The notes beneath the pieces were generated by a model, which did not search any database, was not told the DNA's origin, and saw nothing but the letters and a program-made list of their open reading frames with translations. 64,000 bases of DNA from Auanema rhodensis (taxonomy: Eukaryota > Animalia > Nematoda). This document shows positions 10,882 through 26,676 of the stretch, one piece after another. Each line of letters starts with the position of its first letter. The stretch's first letter is position 1. The position numbers and the translations under genes were made by a program. The stretch spans positions 21,204,001 to 21,268,000 of the forward strand of contig OZ059897.1 of NCBI GenBank assembly GCA_964057225.1, read 5' to 3'.

Positions 10882-13800
10882 ACTATACTACATTGAGAAA
10901 CGCTTGATACAAAAATTAGTTATGATCGTTTGAAAAATGATGCATTAGTGTACGTTGAGTTTCCATGTACACTCAATATTGCTTCCAAAAACATTTTGAC
11001 AAAAATTTTTTCGAAAAATTTCAAAATAATTTAGCAAAAAGTAGATGTTTTTAGATTCCTTTTTTCAAAGCAAAGACGATAGACAATGTTATTCAACGAA
11101 AAAATTAATTCTTCAGGGTGAAAATCGAGGATATAAGTGTAAACTTATATCAGTTGATATCTCGGTGCATTTTTAAGCTAGCGCAAATCTGATAACACAG
11201 ATCGACGCAGCTTAAAAATCCGCATCGAATGCACTATACTAAATTGAGAAACGCTTGATACAAAAATTAGTTATGATCGTTTGAAAAATGATGCATTAGT
11301 GTATGTTGAGTTTCCATGTACACTCAACATTGCTTCCAAAAACATTTTGACAAAAATTTTTTCGAAAAATTTCAAAATAATTTAGCAAAAAGTAGATGTT
11401 TTTAGATTCCATTTTTCAAGGCAAAGACGATAGACAATGTTATTCAACGAAAAAATTAATTCTTCAGGGTGAAAATCGAGGATATAAGTGTGAACTTATA
11501 TCAGTTGATATCTCGGTGCATTTTTAAGCTGGCGCAAATCTGATAACACAGATCGACGCAGCTTAAAAATCCGCATCGAATGCACTATACTACATTGGGA
11601 AACGCTTGATACAAAAATTAGTTATGATCGTTTGAAAAATGATGCATTAGTGTACGTTGAGTTTCCATGTACACTCAATATTGCTTCCAAAAACATTTTG
11701 ACAAAAATTTTTTCGAAAAATTTCAAAATAATTTAGCAAAAAGTAGATGTTTTTAGATTCCTTTTTTCAAAGCAAAGACGATAGACAATGTTATTCAACG
11801 AAAAAATTAATTCTTCAGGGTGAAAATCGAGGATATAAGTGTAAACTTATATCAGTTGATATCTCGGTGCATTTTTAAGCTAGCGCAAATCTGATAACAC
11901 AGATCGACGCAGCTTAAAAATCCGCATCGAATGCACTATACTAAATTGAGAAACGCTTGATACAAAAATTAGTTATGATCGTTTGAAAAATGATGCATTA
12001 GTGTATGTTGAGTTTCCATGTACACTCAACATTGCTTCCAAAAACATTTTGACAAAAATTTTTTCGAAAAATTTCAAAATAATTTAGCAAAAAGTAGATG
12101 TTTTTAGATTCCATTTTTCAAGGCAAAGACGATAGACAATGTTATTCAACGAAAAAATTAATTCTTCAGGGTGAAAATCGAGGATATAAGTGTGAACTTA
12201 TATCAGTTGATATCTCGGTGCATTTTTAAGCTGGCGCAAATCTGATAACACAGATCGACGCAGCTTAAAAATCCGCATCGAATGCACTATACTACATTGG
12301 GAAACGCTTGATACAAAAATTAGTTATGATCGTTTGAAAAATGATGCATTAGTGTACGTTGAGTTTCCATGTACACTCAATATTGCTTCCAAAAACATTT
12401 TGACAAAAATTTTTTCGAAAAATTTCAAAATAATTTAGCAAAAAGTAGATGTTTTTAGATTCCTTTTTTCAAAGCAAAGACGATAGACAATGTTATTCAA
12501 CGAAAAAATTAATTCTTCAGGGTGAAAATCGAGGATATAAGTGTGAACTTATATCAGTTGATATCTCGGTGCATTTTTAAGCTGGCGCAAATCTGATAAC
12601 ACAGATCGACGCAGCTTAAAAATCCGCATCGAATGCACTATACTACATTGAGAAACGCTTGATACAAAAATTAGTTATGATCGTTTGAAAAATGATGCAT
12701 TAGTGTACGTTGAGTTTCCATGTACACTCAATATTGCTTCCAAAAACATTTTGACAAAAATTTTTTCGAAAAATTTCAAAATAATTTAGCAAAAAGTAGA
12801 TGTTTTTAGATTCCTTTTTTCAAAGCAAAGACGATAGACAATGTTATTCAACGAAAAAATTAATTCTTCAGGGTGAAAATCGAGGATATAAGTGTAAACT
12901 TATATCAGTTGATATCTCGGTGCATTTTTAAGCTAGCGCAAATCTGATAACACAGATCGACGCAGCTTAAAAATCCGCATCGAATGCACTATACTAAATT
13001 GAGAAACGCTTGATACAAAAATTAGTTATGATCGTTTGAAAAATGATGCATTAGTGTATGTTGAGTTTCCATGTACACTCAACATTGCTTCCAAAAACAT
13101 TTTGACAAAAATTTTTTCGAAAAATTTCAAAATAATTTAGCAAAAAGTAGATGTTTTTAGATTCCATTTTTCAAGGCAAAGACGATAGACAATGTTATTC
13201 AACGAAAAAATTAATTCTTCAGGGTGAAAATCGAGGATATAAGTGTGAACTTATATCAGTTGATATCTCGGTGCATTTTTAAGCTGGCGCAAATCTGATA
13301 ACACAGATCGACGCAGCTTAAAAATCCGCATCGAATGCACTATACTACATTGAGAAACGCTTGATACAAAAATTAGTTATGATCGTTTGAAAAATGATGC
13401 ATTAGTGTACGTTGAGTTTCCATGTACACTCAATATTGCTTCCAAAAACATTTTGACAAAAATTTTTTCGAAAAATTTCAAAATAATTTAGCAAAAAGTA
13501 GATGTTTTTAGATTCCTTTTTTCAAAGCAAAGACGATAGACAATGTTATTCAACGAAAAAATTAATTCTTCAGGGTGAAAATCGAGGATATAAGTGTAAA
13601 CTTATATCAGTTGATATCTCGGTGCATTTTTAAGCTAGCGCAAATCTGATAACACAGATCGACGCAGCTTAAAAATCCGCATCGAATGCACTATACTAAA
13701 TTGAGAAACGCTTGATACAAAAATTAGTTATGATCGTTTGAAAAATGATGCATTAGTGTATGTTGAGTTTCCATGTACACTCAACATTGCTTCCAAAAAC

Positions 13801-16800
13801 ATTTTGACAAAAATTTTCTCGAAAAATTTCAAAATAATTTAGCAAAAAGTAGATGTTTTTAGATTCCATTTTTCAAGGCAAAGACGATAGACAATGTTAT
13901 TCAACGAAAAAATTAATTCTTCAGGGTGAAAATCGAGGATATAAGTGTGAACTTATATCAGTTGATATCTCGGTGCATTTTTAAGCTAGCGCAAATCTGA
14001 TAACACAGATCGACGCAGCTTAAAAATCCGCATCGAATGCACTATACTACATTAAGAAACGCTTAATACAAAAATTAGTTATGATCGTTTGAAAAATGAT
14101 GCATTAGTGTATGTTGAGTTTCCATGTACACTCAACATTGCTTCCAAAAACATTTTGACAAAAATTTTTTCGAAAAATTTCAAAATAATTTAGCAAAAAG
14201 TAGATGTTTTTAGATTCCTTTTTTCAAAGCAAAGACGATAGACAATGTTATTCAACGAAAAAATTAATTCTTCAGGGTGAAAATCGAGGATATAAGTGTA
14301 AACTTATATCAGTTGATATCTCGGTGCATTTTTAAGCTAGCGCAAATCTGATAACACAGATCGACGCAGCTTAAAAATCCGCATCGAATGCACTATACTA
14401 AATTGAGAAACGCTTGATACAAAAATTAGTTATGATCGTTTGAAAAATGATGCATTAGTGTATGTTGAGTTTCCATGTACACTCAACATTGCTTCCAAAA
14501 ACATTTTGACAAAAATTTTTTCGAAAAATTTCAAAATAATTTAGCAAAAAGTAGATGTTTTTAGATTCCATTTTTCAAGGCAAAGACGATAGACAATGTT
14601 ATTCAACGAAAAAATTAATTCTTCAGGGTGAAAATCGAGGATATAAGTGTGAACTTATATCAGTTGATATCTCGGTGCATTTTTAAGCTGGCGCAAATCT
14701 GATAACACAGATCGACGCAGCTTAAAAATCCGCATCGAATGCACTATACTACATTGAGAAACGCTTGATACAAAAATTAGTTATGATCGTTTGAAAAATG
14801 ATGCATTAGTGTACGTTGAGTTTCCATGTACACTCAATATTGCTTCCAAAAACATTTTGACAAAAATTTTTTCGAAAAATTTCAAAATAATTTAGCAAAA
14901 AGTAGATGTTTTTAGATTCCTTTTTTCAAAGCAAAGACGATAGACAATGTTATTCAACGAAAAAATTAATTCTTCAGGGTGAAAATCGAGGATATAAGTG
15001 TAAACTTATATCAGTTGATATCTCGGTGCATTTTTAAGCTAGCGCAAATCTGATAACACAGATCGACGCAGCTTAAAAATCCGCATCGAATGCACTATAC
15101 TAAATTGAGAAACGCTTGATACAAAAATTAGTTATGATCGTTTGAAAAATGATGCATTAGTGTATGTTGAGTTTCCATGTACACTCAACATTGCTTCCAA
15201 AAACATTTTGACAAAAATTTTTTCGAAAAATTTCAAAATAATTTAGCAAAAAGTAGATGTTTTTAGATTCCATTTTTCAAGGCAAAGACGATAGACAATG
15301 TTATTCAACGAAAAAATTAATTCTTCAGGGTGAAAATCGAGGATATAAGTGTGAACTTATATCAGTTGATATCTCGGTGCATTTTTAAGCTGGCGCAAAT
15401 CTGATAACACAGATCGACGCAGCTTAAAAATCCGCATCGAATGCACTATACTACATTGAGAAACGCTTGATACAAAAATTAGTTATGATCGTTTGAAAAA
15501 TGATGCATTAGTGTACGTTGAGTTTCCATGTACACTCAATATTGCTTCCAAAAACATTTTGACAAAAATTTTTTCGAAAAATTTCAAAATAATTTAGCAA
15601 AAAGTAGATGTTTTTAGATTCCTTTTTTCAAAGCAAAGACGATAGACAATGTTATTCAACGAAAAAATTAATTCTTCAGGGTGAAAATCGAGGATATAAG
15701 TGTAAACTTATATCAGTTGATATCTCGGTGCATTTTTAAGCTAGCGCAAATCTGATAACACAGATCGACGCAGCTTAAAAATCCGCATCGAATGCACTAT
15801 ACTAAATTGAGAAACGCTTGATACAAAAATTAGTTATGATCGTTTGAAAAATGATGCATTAGTGTATGTTGAGTTTCCATGTACACTCAACATTGCTTCC
15901 AAAAACATTTTGACAAAAATTTTTTCGAAAAATTTCAAAATAATTTAGCAAAAAGTAGATGTTTTTAGATTCCATTTTTCAAGGCAAAGACGATAGACAA
16001 TGTTATTCAACGAAAAAATTAATTCTTCAGGGTGAAAATCGAGGATATAAGTGTGAACTTATATCAGTTGATATCTCGGTGCATTTTTAAGCTAGCGCAA
16101 ATCTGATAACACAGATCGACGCAGCTTAAAAATCCGCATCGAATGCACTATACTACATTAAGAAACGCTTAATACAAAAATTAGTTATGATCGTTTGAAA
16201 AATGATGCATTAGTGTATGTTGAGTTTCCATGTACACTCAACATTGCTTCCAAAAACATTTTGACAAAAATTTTTTCGAAAAATTTCAAAATAATTTAGC
16301 AAAAAGTAGATGTTTTTAGATTCCATTTTTCAAGGCAAAGACGATAGACAATGTTATTCAACGAAAAAATTAATTCTTCAGGGTGAAAATCGAGGATATA
16401 AGTGTGAAGTGATATCAGTTGATATCTCGGTGCATTTTCAAGCTAGCGCAAATCTGATAACACAGATCGACGCAGCTTAAAAATCCGCATCGAATGCACT
16501 ATACTACATTGAGAAACGCTTGATACAAAAATTAGTTATGATCGTTTGAAAAATGATGCATTAGTGTATGTTGAGTTTCCATGTACACTCAACATTGCTT
16601 CCAAAAACATTTTGACAAAAATTTTTTCGAAAAATTTCAAAATAATTTAGCAAAAAGTAGATGTTTTTAGATTCCATTTTTCAAAGCAAAGACGATAGAC
16701 AATGTTATTCAACGAAAAAATTAATTCTTCAGGGTGAAAATCGAGGATATAAGTGTAAACTTATATCAGTTGATATCTCGGTGCATTTTTAAGCTAGCGC

Positions 16801-17901
16801 AAATCTGATAACACAGATCGACGCAGCTTAAAAATCCGCATCGAATGCACTATACTAAATTGAGAAACGCTTGATACAAAAATTAGTTATGATCGTTTGA
16901 AAAATGATGCATTAGTGTATGTTGAGTTTCCATGTACACTCAACATTGCTTCCAAAAACATTTTGACAAAAATTTTTTCGAAAAATTTCAAAATAATTTA
17001 GCAAAAAGTAGATGTTTTTAGATTCCATTTTTCAAGGCAAAGACGATAGACAATGTTATTCAACGAAAAAATTAATTCTTCAGGGTGAAAATCGAGGATA
17101 TAAGTGTGAACTTATATCAGTTGATATCTCGGTGCATTTTTAAGCTGGCGCAAATCTGATAACACAGATCGACGCAGCTTAAAAATCCGCATCGAATGCA
17201 CTATACTACATTGAGAAACGCTTGATACAAAAATTAGTTATGATCGTTTGAAAAATGATGCATTAGTGTACGTTGAGTTTCCATGTACACTCAATATTGC
17301 TTCCAAAAACATTTTGACAAAAATTTTTTCGAAAAATTTCAAAATAATTTAGCAAAAAGTAGATGTTTTTAGATTCCTTTTTTCAAAGCAAAGACGATAG
17401 ACAATGTTATTCAACGAAAAAATTAATTCTTCAGGGTGAAAATCGAGGATATAAGTGTAAACTTATATCAGTTGATATCTCGGTGCATTTTTAAGCTAGC
17501 GCAAATCTGATAACACAGATCGACGCAGCTTAAAAATCCGCATCGAATGCACTATACTAAATTGAGAAACGCTTGATACAAAAATTAGTTATGATCGTTT
17601 GAAAAATGATGCATTAGTGTATGTTGAGTTTCCATGTACACTCAACATTGCTTCCAAAAACATTTTGACAAAAATTTTTTCGAAAAATTTCAAAATAATT
17701 TAGCAAAAAGTAGATGTTTTTAGATTCCATTTTTCAAGGCAAAGACGATAGACAATGTTATTCAACGAAAAAATTAATTCTTCAGGGTGAAAATCGAGGA
17801 TATAAGTGTGAACTTATATCAGTTGATATCTCGGTGCATTTTTAAGCTAGCGCAAATCTGATAACACAGATCGACGCAGCTTAAAAATCCGCATCGAATG
17901 C
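10882..17901. repeat. Region dominated by 2-monomer (702 bp) higher-order repeat, with occasional interruptions
   Basis: Type X monomers (72C,96T,179T,188A,260A) alternate with type Y (10A,179A, mostly 299G). The private marker ATTGGGA occurs at 11598 and 12300 (702 apart). Confidence 0.85.
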
Positions 17902-20900
17902 ACTATACTACATTAAGAAACGCTTAATACAAAAATTAGTTATGATCGTTTGAAAAATGATGCATTAGTGTATGTTGAGTTTCCATGTACACTCAACATT
18001 GCTTCCAAAAACATTTTGACAAAAATTTTTTCGAAAAATTTCAAAATAATTTAGCAAAAAGTAGATGTTTTTAGATTCCATTTTTCAAGGCAAAGACGAT
18101 AGACAATGTTATTCAACGAAAAAATTAATTCTTCAGGGTGAAAATCGAGGATATAAGTGTAAACTTATATCAGTTGATATCTCGGTGCATTTTTAAGCTA
18201 GCGCAAATCTGATAACACAGATCGACGCAGCTTAAAAATCCGCATCAAATGCACTATACTACATTGAGAAAAGCTTAATACAAAAATTAGTTATGATCGT
18301 TTGAAAAATGATGCATTAGTGTATGTTGAGTTTCCATGTACACTCAACATTGCTTCCACAAACATTTTGACAAAAATTTTTTCGAAAAATTTCAAAATAA
18401 TTTTGCAAAAAGTAGATGTTTTTAGATTTCATTTTTCAAGGCAAAGACGATAGACAATGTTATTCAACGAAAAAATTAATTCTTCAGGGTGAAAATCGAG
18501 GATATAAGTGTGAACTGATATCAGTTGATATCTCGGTGCATTTTCAAGCTAGCGCAAATCTGATAACACAGATCGACGCAGCTTAAAAATCCGCATCAAA
18601 TGCACTATACTACATTGAGAAACGCTTGATACAAAAATTAGTCATGATCGTTTGAAAAATGATGCATTAGTGTATGTTGAGTTTCCATGTACACTCAACA
18701 TTGCTTCCACAAACATTTTGACAAAAATTTTTTCGAAAAATTTCAAAATAATTTAGCAAAAAGTAGATGTTTTTAGATTCCTTTTTTCAAGGCAAAGACG
18801 ATAGACAATGTTATTCAACGAAAAAATTAATTCTTCAGGGTGAAAATCGAGGATATAAGTGTGAACTTATATCAGTTGATATCTCGGTGCATTTTCAAGC
18901 TAGCGCAAATCTGATAACACAGATCGACGCAGCTTAAAAATCCGCATCAAATGCACTATACTACATTGAGAAACGCTTGATACAAAAATTAGTCATGATC
19001 GTTTGAAAAATGATGCATTAGTGTATGTTGAGTTTCCATGTACACTCAACATTGCTTCCACAAACATTTTGACAAAAATTTTTTCGAAAAATTTCAAAAT
19101 AATTTAGCAAAAAGTAGATGTTTTTAGATTCCTTTTTTCAAGGCAAAGACGATAGACAATGTTATTCAACGAAAAAATTAATTCTTCAGGGTGAAAATCG
19201 AGGATATAAGTGTGAACTTATATCAGTTGATATCTCGGTGCATTTTTAAGCTAGCGCAAATCTGATAACACAGATCGACGCAGCTTAAAAATCCGCATCG
19301 AATGCACTATACTACATTGAGAAACGCTTGATACAAAAATTAGTTATGATCGTTTGAAAAATGATGCATTAGTGTATGTTGAGTTTCCATGTACACTCAA
19401 CATTGCTTCCAAAAACATTTTGACAAAAATTTTTTCGAAAAATTTCAAAATAATTTAGCAAAAAGTAGATGTTTTTAGATTTCATTTTTCAAGGCAAAGA
19501 CGATAGACAATGTTATTCAACGAAAAAATTAATTCTTCAGGGTGAAAATCGAGGATATAAGTGTGAACTTATATCAGTTGATATCTCGGTGCATTTTTAA
19601 GCTGGCGCAAATCTGATAACACAGATCGACGCAGCTTAAAAATCCGCATCGAATGCACTATACTACATTGAGAAACGCTTGATACAAAAATTAGTTATGA
19701 TCGTTTGAAAAATGATGCATTAGTGTACGTTGAGTTTCCATGTACACTCAATATTGCTTCCAAAAACATTTTGACAAAAATTTTTTCGAAAAATTTCAAA
19801 ATAATTTAGCAAAAAGTAGATGTTTTTAGATTCCTTTTTTCAAAGCAAAGACGATAGACAATGTTATTCAACGAAAAAATTAATTCTTCAGGGTGAAAAT
19901 CGAGGATATAAGTGTAAACTTATATCAGTTGATATCTCGGTGCATTTTTAAGCTAGCGCAAATCTGATAACACAGATCGACGCAGCTTAAAAATCCGCAT
20001 CGAATGCACTATACTAAATTGAGAAACGCTTGATACAAAAATTAGTTATGATCGTTTGAAAAATGATGCATTAGTGTATGTTGAGTTTCCATGTACACTC
20101 AACATTGCTTCCAAAAACATTTTGACAAAAATTTTTTCGAAAAATTTCAAAATAATTTAGCAAAAAGTAGATGTTTTTAGATTCCATTTTTCAAGGCAAA
20201 GACGATAGACAATGTTATTCAACGAAAAAATTAATTCTTCAGGGTGAAAATCGAGGATATAAGTGTGAACTTATATCAGTTGATATCTCGGTGCATTTTT
20301 AAGCTAGCGCAAATCTGATAACACAGATCGACGCAGCTTAAAAATCCGCATCGAATGCACTATACTACATTAAGAAACGCTTAATACAAAAATTAGTTAT
20401 GATCGTTTGAAAAATGATGCATTAGTGTATGTTGAGTTTCCATGTACACTCAACATTGCTTCCACAAACATTTTGACAAAAATTTTTTCGAAAAATTTCA
20501 AAATAATTTAGCAAAAAGTAGATGTTTTTAGATTCCTTTTTTCAAGGCAAAGACGATAGACAATGTTATTCAACGAAAAAATTAATTCTTCAGGGTGAAA
20601 ATCGAGGATATAAGTGTGAACTTATATCAGTTGATATCTCGGTGCATTTTTAAGCTAGCGCAAATCTGATAACACAGATCGACGCAGCTTAAAAATCCGC
20701 ATCGAATGCACTATACTACATTGAGAAACGCTTGATACAAAAATTAGTTATGATCGTTTGAAAAATGATGCATTAGTGTATGTTGAGTTTCCATGTACAC
20801 TCAACATTGCTTCCAAAAACATTTTGACAAAAATTTTTTCGAAAAATTTCAGAATAATTTAGCAAAAAGTAGATGTTTTTAGATTTCATTTTTCAAGGCA

Positions 20901-23166
20901 AAGACGATAGACAATGTTATTCAACGAAAAAATTAATTCTTCAGGGTGAAAATCGAGGATATAAGTGTGAACTTATATCAGTTGATATCTCGGTGCATTT
21001 TCAAGCTAGCGCAAATCTGATAACACAGATCGACGCAGCTTAAAAATCCGCATCGAATGCACTATACTACATTGAGAAACGCTTGATACAAAAATTAGTT
21101 ATGATCGTTTGAAAAATGATGCATTAGTGTATGTTGAGTTTCCATGTACACTCAACATTGCTTCCAAAAACATTTTGACAAAAATTTTTTCGAAAAATTT
21201 CAGAATAATTTAGCAAAAAGTAGATGTTTTTAGATTTCATTTTTCAAGGCAAAGACGATAGACAATGTTATTCAACGAAAAAATTAATTCTTCAGGGTGA
21301 AAATCGAGGATATAAGTGTAAACTTATATCAGTTGATATCTCGGTGCATTTTTAAGCTGGCGCAAATCTGATAACACAGATCGACGCAGCTTAAAAATCC
21401 GCATCGAATGCACTATACTACATTGAGAAACGCTTGATACAAAAATTAGTTATGATCGTTTGAAAAATGATGCATTAGTGTACGTTGAGTTTCCATGTAC
21501 ACTCAATATTGCTTCCAAAAACATTTTGACAAAAATTTTTTCGAAAAATTTCAAAATAATTTAGCAAAAAGTAGATGTTTTTAGATTCCTTTTTTCAAAG
21601 CAAAGACGATAGACAATGTTATTCAACGAAAAAATTAATTCTTCAGGGTGAAAATCGAGGATATAAGTGTAAACTTATATCAGTTGATATCTCGGTGCAT
21701 TTTTAAGCTAGCGCAAATCTGATAACACAGATCGACGCAGCTTAAAAATCCGCATCGAATGCACTATACTAAATTGAGAAACGCTTGATACAAAAATTAG
21801 TTATGATCGTTTGAAAAATGATGCATTAGTGTATGTTGAGTTTCCATGTACACTCAACATTGCTTCCAAAAACATTTTGACAAAAATTTTTTCGAAAAAT
21901 TTCAAAATAATTTAGCAAAAAGTAGATGTTTTTAGATTCCATTTTTCAAGGCAAAGACGATAGACAATGTTATTCAACGAAAAAATTAATTCTTCAGGGT
22001 GAAAATCGAGGATATAAGTGTGAACTTATATCAGTTGATATCTCGGTGCATTTTTAAGCTAGCGCAAATCTGATAACACAGATCGACGCAGCTTAAAAAT
22101 CCGCATCGAATGCACTATACTACATTAAGAAACGCTTAATACAAAAATTAGTTATGATCGTTTGAAAAATGATGCATTAGTGTATGTTGAGTTTCCATGT
22201 ACACTCAACATTGCTTCCAAAAACATTTTGACAAAAATTTTTTCGAAAAATTTCAAAATAATTTAGCAAAAAGTAGATGTTTTTAGATTCCATTTTTCAA
22301 GGCAAAGACGATAGACAATGTTATTCAACGAAAAAATTAATTCTTCAGGGTGAAAATCGAGGATATAAGTGTGAACTTATATCAGTTGATATCTCGGTGC
22401 ATTTTTAAGCTAGCGCAAATCTGATAACACAGATCGACGCAGCTTAAAAATCCGCATCAAATGCACTATACTACATTGAGAAAAGCTTAATACAAAAATT
22501 AGTTATGATCGTTTGAAAAATGATGCATTAGTGTATGTTGAGTTTCCATGTACACTCAACATTGCTTCCAAAAACATTTTGACAAAAATTTTTTCGAAAA
22601 ATTTCAAAATAATTTAGCAAAAAGTAGATGTTTTTAGATTCCATTTTTCAAGGCAAAGACGATAGACAATGTTATTCAACGAAAAAATTAATTCTTCAGG
22701 GTGAAAATCGAGGATATAAGTGTGAACTTATATCAGTTGATATCTCGGTGCATTTTTAAGCTAGCGCAAATCTGATAACACAGATCGACGCAGCTTAAAA
22801 ATCCGCATCGAATGCACTATACTACATTAAGAAACGCTTAATACAAAAATTAGTTATGATCGTTTGAAAAATGATGCATTAGTGTATGTTGAGTTTCCAT
22901 GTACACTCAACATTGCTTCCAAAAACATTTTGACAAAAATTTTTTCGAAAAATTTCAAAATAATTTAGCAAAAAGTAGATGTTTTTAGATTCCATTTTTC
23001 AAGGCAAAGACGATAGACAATGTTATTCAACGAAAAAATTAATTCTTCAGGGTGAAAATCGAGGATATAAGTGTGAACTTATATCAGTTGATATCTCGGT
23101 GCATTTTTAAGCTAGCGCAAATCTGATAACACAGATCGACGCAGCTTAAAAATCCGCATCAAATGC

Positions 23167-26100
23167 ACTATACTACATTGAGAAAAGCTTAATACAAAAA
23201 TTAGTTATGATCGTTTGAAAAATGATGCATTAGTGTATGTTGAGTTTCCATGTACACTCAACATTGCTTCCACAAACATTTTGACAAAAATTTTTTCGAA
23301 AAATTTCAAAATAATTTTGCAAAAAGTAGATGTTTTTAGATTTCATTTTTCAAGGCAAAGACGATAGACAATGTTATTCAACGAAAAAATTAATTCTTCA
23401 GGGTGAAAATCGAGGATATAAGTGTGAACTGATATCAGTTGATATCTCGGTGCATTTTCAAGCTAGCGCAAATCTGATAACACAGATCGACGCAGCTTAA
23501 AAATCCGCATCAAATGCACTATACTACATTGAGAAACGCTTGATACAAAAATTAGTCATGATCGTTTGAAAAATGATGCATTAGTGTATGTTGAGTTTCC
23601 ATGTACACTCAACATTGCTTCCACAAACATTTTGACAAAAATTTTTTCGAAAAATTTCAAGATAATTTAGCAAAAAGTAGATGTTTTTAGATTCCTTTTT
23701 TCAAGGCAAAGACGATAGACAATGTTATTCAACGAAAAAATTAATTCTTCAGGGTGAAAATCGAGGATATAAGTGTGAACTTATATCAGTTGATATCTCG
23801 GTGCATTTTCAAGCTAGCGCAAATCTGATAACACAGTTCGACGCAGCTTAAAAATCCGCATCAAATGCACTATACTACATTGAGAAACGCTTGATACAAA
23901 AATTAGTCATGATCGTTTGAAAAATGATGCATTAGTGTATGTTGAGTTTCCATGTACACTCAACATTGCTTCCACAAACATTTTGACAAAAATTTTTTCG
24001 AAAAATTTCAAAATAATTTAGCAAAAAGTAGATGTTTTTAGATTCCTTTTTTCAAGGCAAAGACGATAGACAATGTTATTCAACGAAAAAATTAATTCTT
24101 CAGGGTGAAAATCGAGGATATAAGTGTGAACTTATATCAGTTGATATCTCGGTGCATTTTTAAGCTAGCGCAAATCTGATAACACAGATCGACGCAGCTT
24201 AAAAATCCGCATCGAATGCACTATACTACATTGAGAAACGCTTGATACAAAAATTAGTTATGATCGTTTGAAAAATGATGCATTAGTGTATGTTGAGTTT
24301 CCATGTACACTCAACATTGCTTCCAAAAACATTTTGACAAAAATTTTTTCGAAAAATTTCAGAATAATTTAGCAAAAAGTAGATGTTTTTAGATTTCATT
24401 TTTCAAGGCAAAGACGATAGACAATGTTATTCAACGAAAAAATTAATTCTTCAGGGTGAAAATCGAGGATATAAGTGTGAACTTATATCAGTTGATATCT
24501 CGGTGCATTTTTAAGCTGGCGCAAATCTGATAACACAGATCGACGCAGCTTAAAAATCCGCATCGAATGCACTATACTACATTGAGAAACGCTTGATACA
24601 AAAATTAGTTATGATCGTTTGAAAAATGATGCATTAGTGTATGTTGAGTTTCCATGTACACTCAACATTGCTTCCAAAAACATTTTGACAAAAATTTTTT
24701 CGAAAAATTTCAAAATAATTTAGCAAAAAGTAGATGTTTTTAGATTCCATTTTTCAAGGCAAAGACGATAGACAATGTTATTCAACGAAAAAATTAATTC
24801 TTCAGGGTGAAAATCGAGGATATAAGTGTGAACTTATATCAGTTGATATCTCGGTGCATTTTTAAGCTAGCGCAAATCTGATAACACAGATCGACGCAGC
24901 TTAAAAATCCGCATCAAATGCACTATACTACATTGAGAAAAGCTTAATACAAAAATTAGTTATGATCGTTTGAAAAATGATGCATTAGTGTATGTTGAGT
25001 TTCCATGTACACTCAACATTGCTTCCACAAACATTTTGACAAAAATTTTTTCGAAAAATTTCAAAATAATTTTGCAAAAAGTAGATGTTTTTAGATTTCA
25101 TTTTTCAAGGCAAAGACGATAGACAATGTTATTCAACGAAAAAATTAATTCTTCAGGGTGAAAATCGAGGATATAAGTGTGAACTGATATCAGTTGATAT
25201 CTCGGTGCATTTTCAAGCTAGCGCAAATCTGATAACACAGATCGACGCAGCTTAAAAATCCGCATCAAATGCACTATACTACATTGAGAAACGCTTGATA
25301 CAAAAATTAGTCATGATCGTTTGAAAAATGATGCATTAGTGTATGTTGAGTTTCCATGTACACTCAACATTGCTTCCACAAACATTTTGACAAAAATTTT
25401 TTCGAAAAATTTCAAGATAATTTAGCAAAAAGTAGATGTTTTTAGATTCCTTTTTTCAAGGCAAAGACGATAGACAATGTTATTCAACGAAAAAATTAAT
25501 TCTTCAGGGTGAAAATCGAGGATATAAGTGTGAACTTATATCAGTTGATATCTCGGTGCATTTTCAAGCTAGCGCAAATCTGATAACACAGTTCGACGCA
25601 GCTTAAAAATCCGCATCAAATGCACTATACTACATTGAGAAACGCTTGATACAAAAATTAGTCATGATCGTTTGAAAAATGATGCATTAGTGTATGTTGA
25701 GTTTCCATGTACACTCAACATTGCTTCCACAAACATTTTGACAAAAATTTTTTCGAAAAATTTCAAAATAATTTAGCAAAAAGTAGATGTTTTTAGATTC
25801 CTTTTTTCAAGGCAAAGACGATAGACAATGTTATTCAACGAAAAAATTAATTCTTCAGGGTGAAAATCGAGGATATAAGTGTGAACTTATATCAGTTGAT
25901 ATCTCGGTGCATTTTTAAGCTAGCGCAAATCTGATAACACAGATCGACGCAGCTTAAAAATCCGCATCGAATGCACTATACTACATTGAGAAACGCTTGA
26001 TACAAAAATTAGTTATGATCGTTTGAAAAATGATGCATTAGTGTATGTTGAGTTTCCATGTACACTCAACATTGCTTCCAAAAACATTTTGACAAAAATT

Positions 26101-26676
26101 TTTTCGAAAAATTTCAGAATAATTTAGCAAAAAGTAGATGTTTTTAGATTTCATTTTTCAAGGCAAAGACGATAGACAATGTTATTCAACGAAAAAATTA
26201 ATTCTTCAGGGTGAAAATCGAGGATATAAGTGTGAACTTATATCAGTTGATATCTCGGTGCATTTTTAAGCTGGCGCAAATCTGATAACACAGATCGACG
26301 CAGCTTAAAAATCCGCATCGAATGCACTATACTACATTGAGAAACGCTTGATACAAAAATTAGTTATGATCGTTTGAAAAATGATGCATTAGTGTATGTT
26401 GAGTTTCCATGTACACTCAACATTGCTTCCAAAAACATTTTGACAAAAATTTTTTCGAAAAATTTCAAAATAATTTAGCAAAAAGTAGATGTTTTTAGAT
26501 TCCATTTTTCAAGGCAAAGACGATAGACAATGTTATTCAACGAAAAAATTAATTCTTCAGGGTGAAAATCGAGGATATAAGTGTGAACTTATATCAGTTG
26601 ATATCTCGGTGCATTTTTAAGCTGGCGCAAATCTGATAACACAGATCGACGCAGCTTAAAAATCCGCATCGAATGC
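23167..26676. repeat. Higher-order repeat: 5 monomers (1755 bp) x2
   Basis: Private markers TCAAGATA at 23661/25416 and CAGTTCGAC at 23837/25592, both 1755 apart. Confidence 0.9.
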
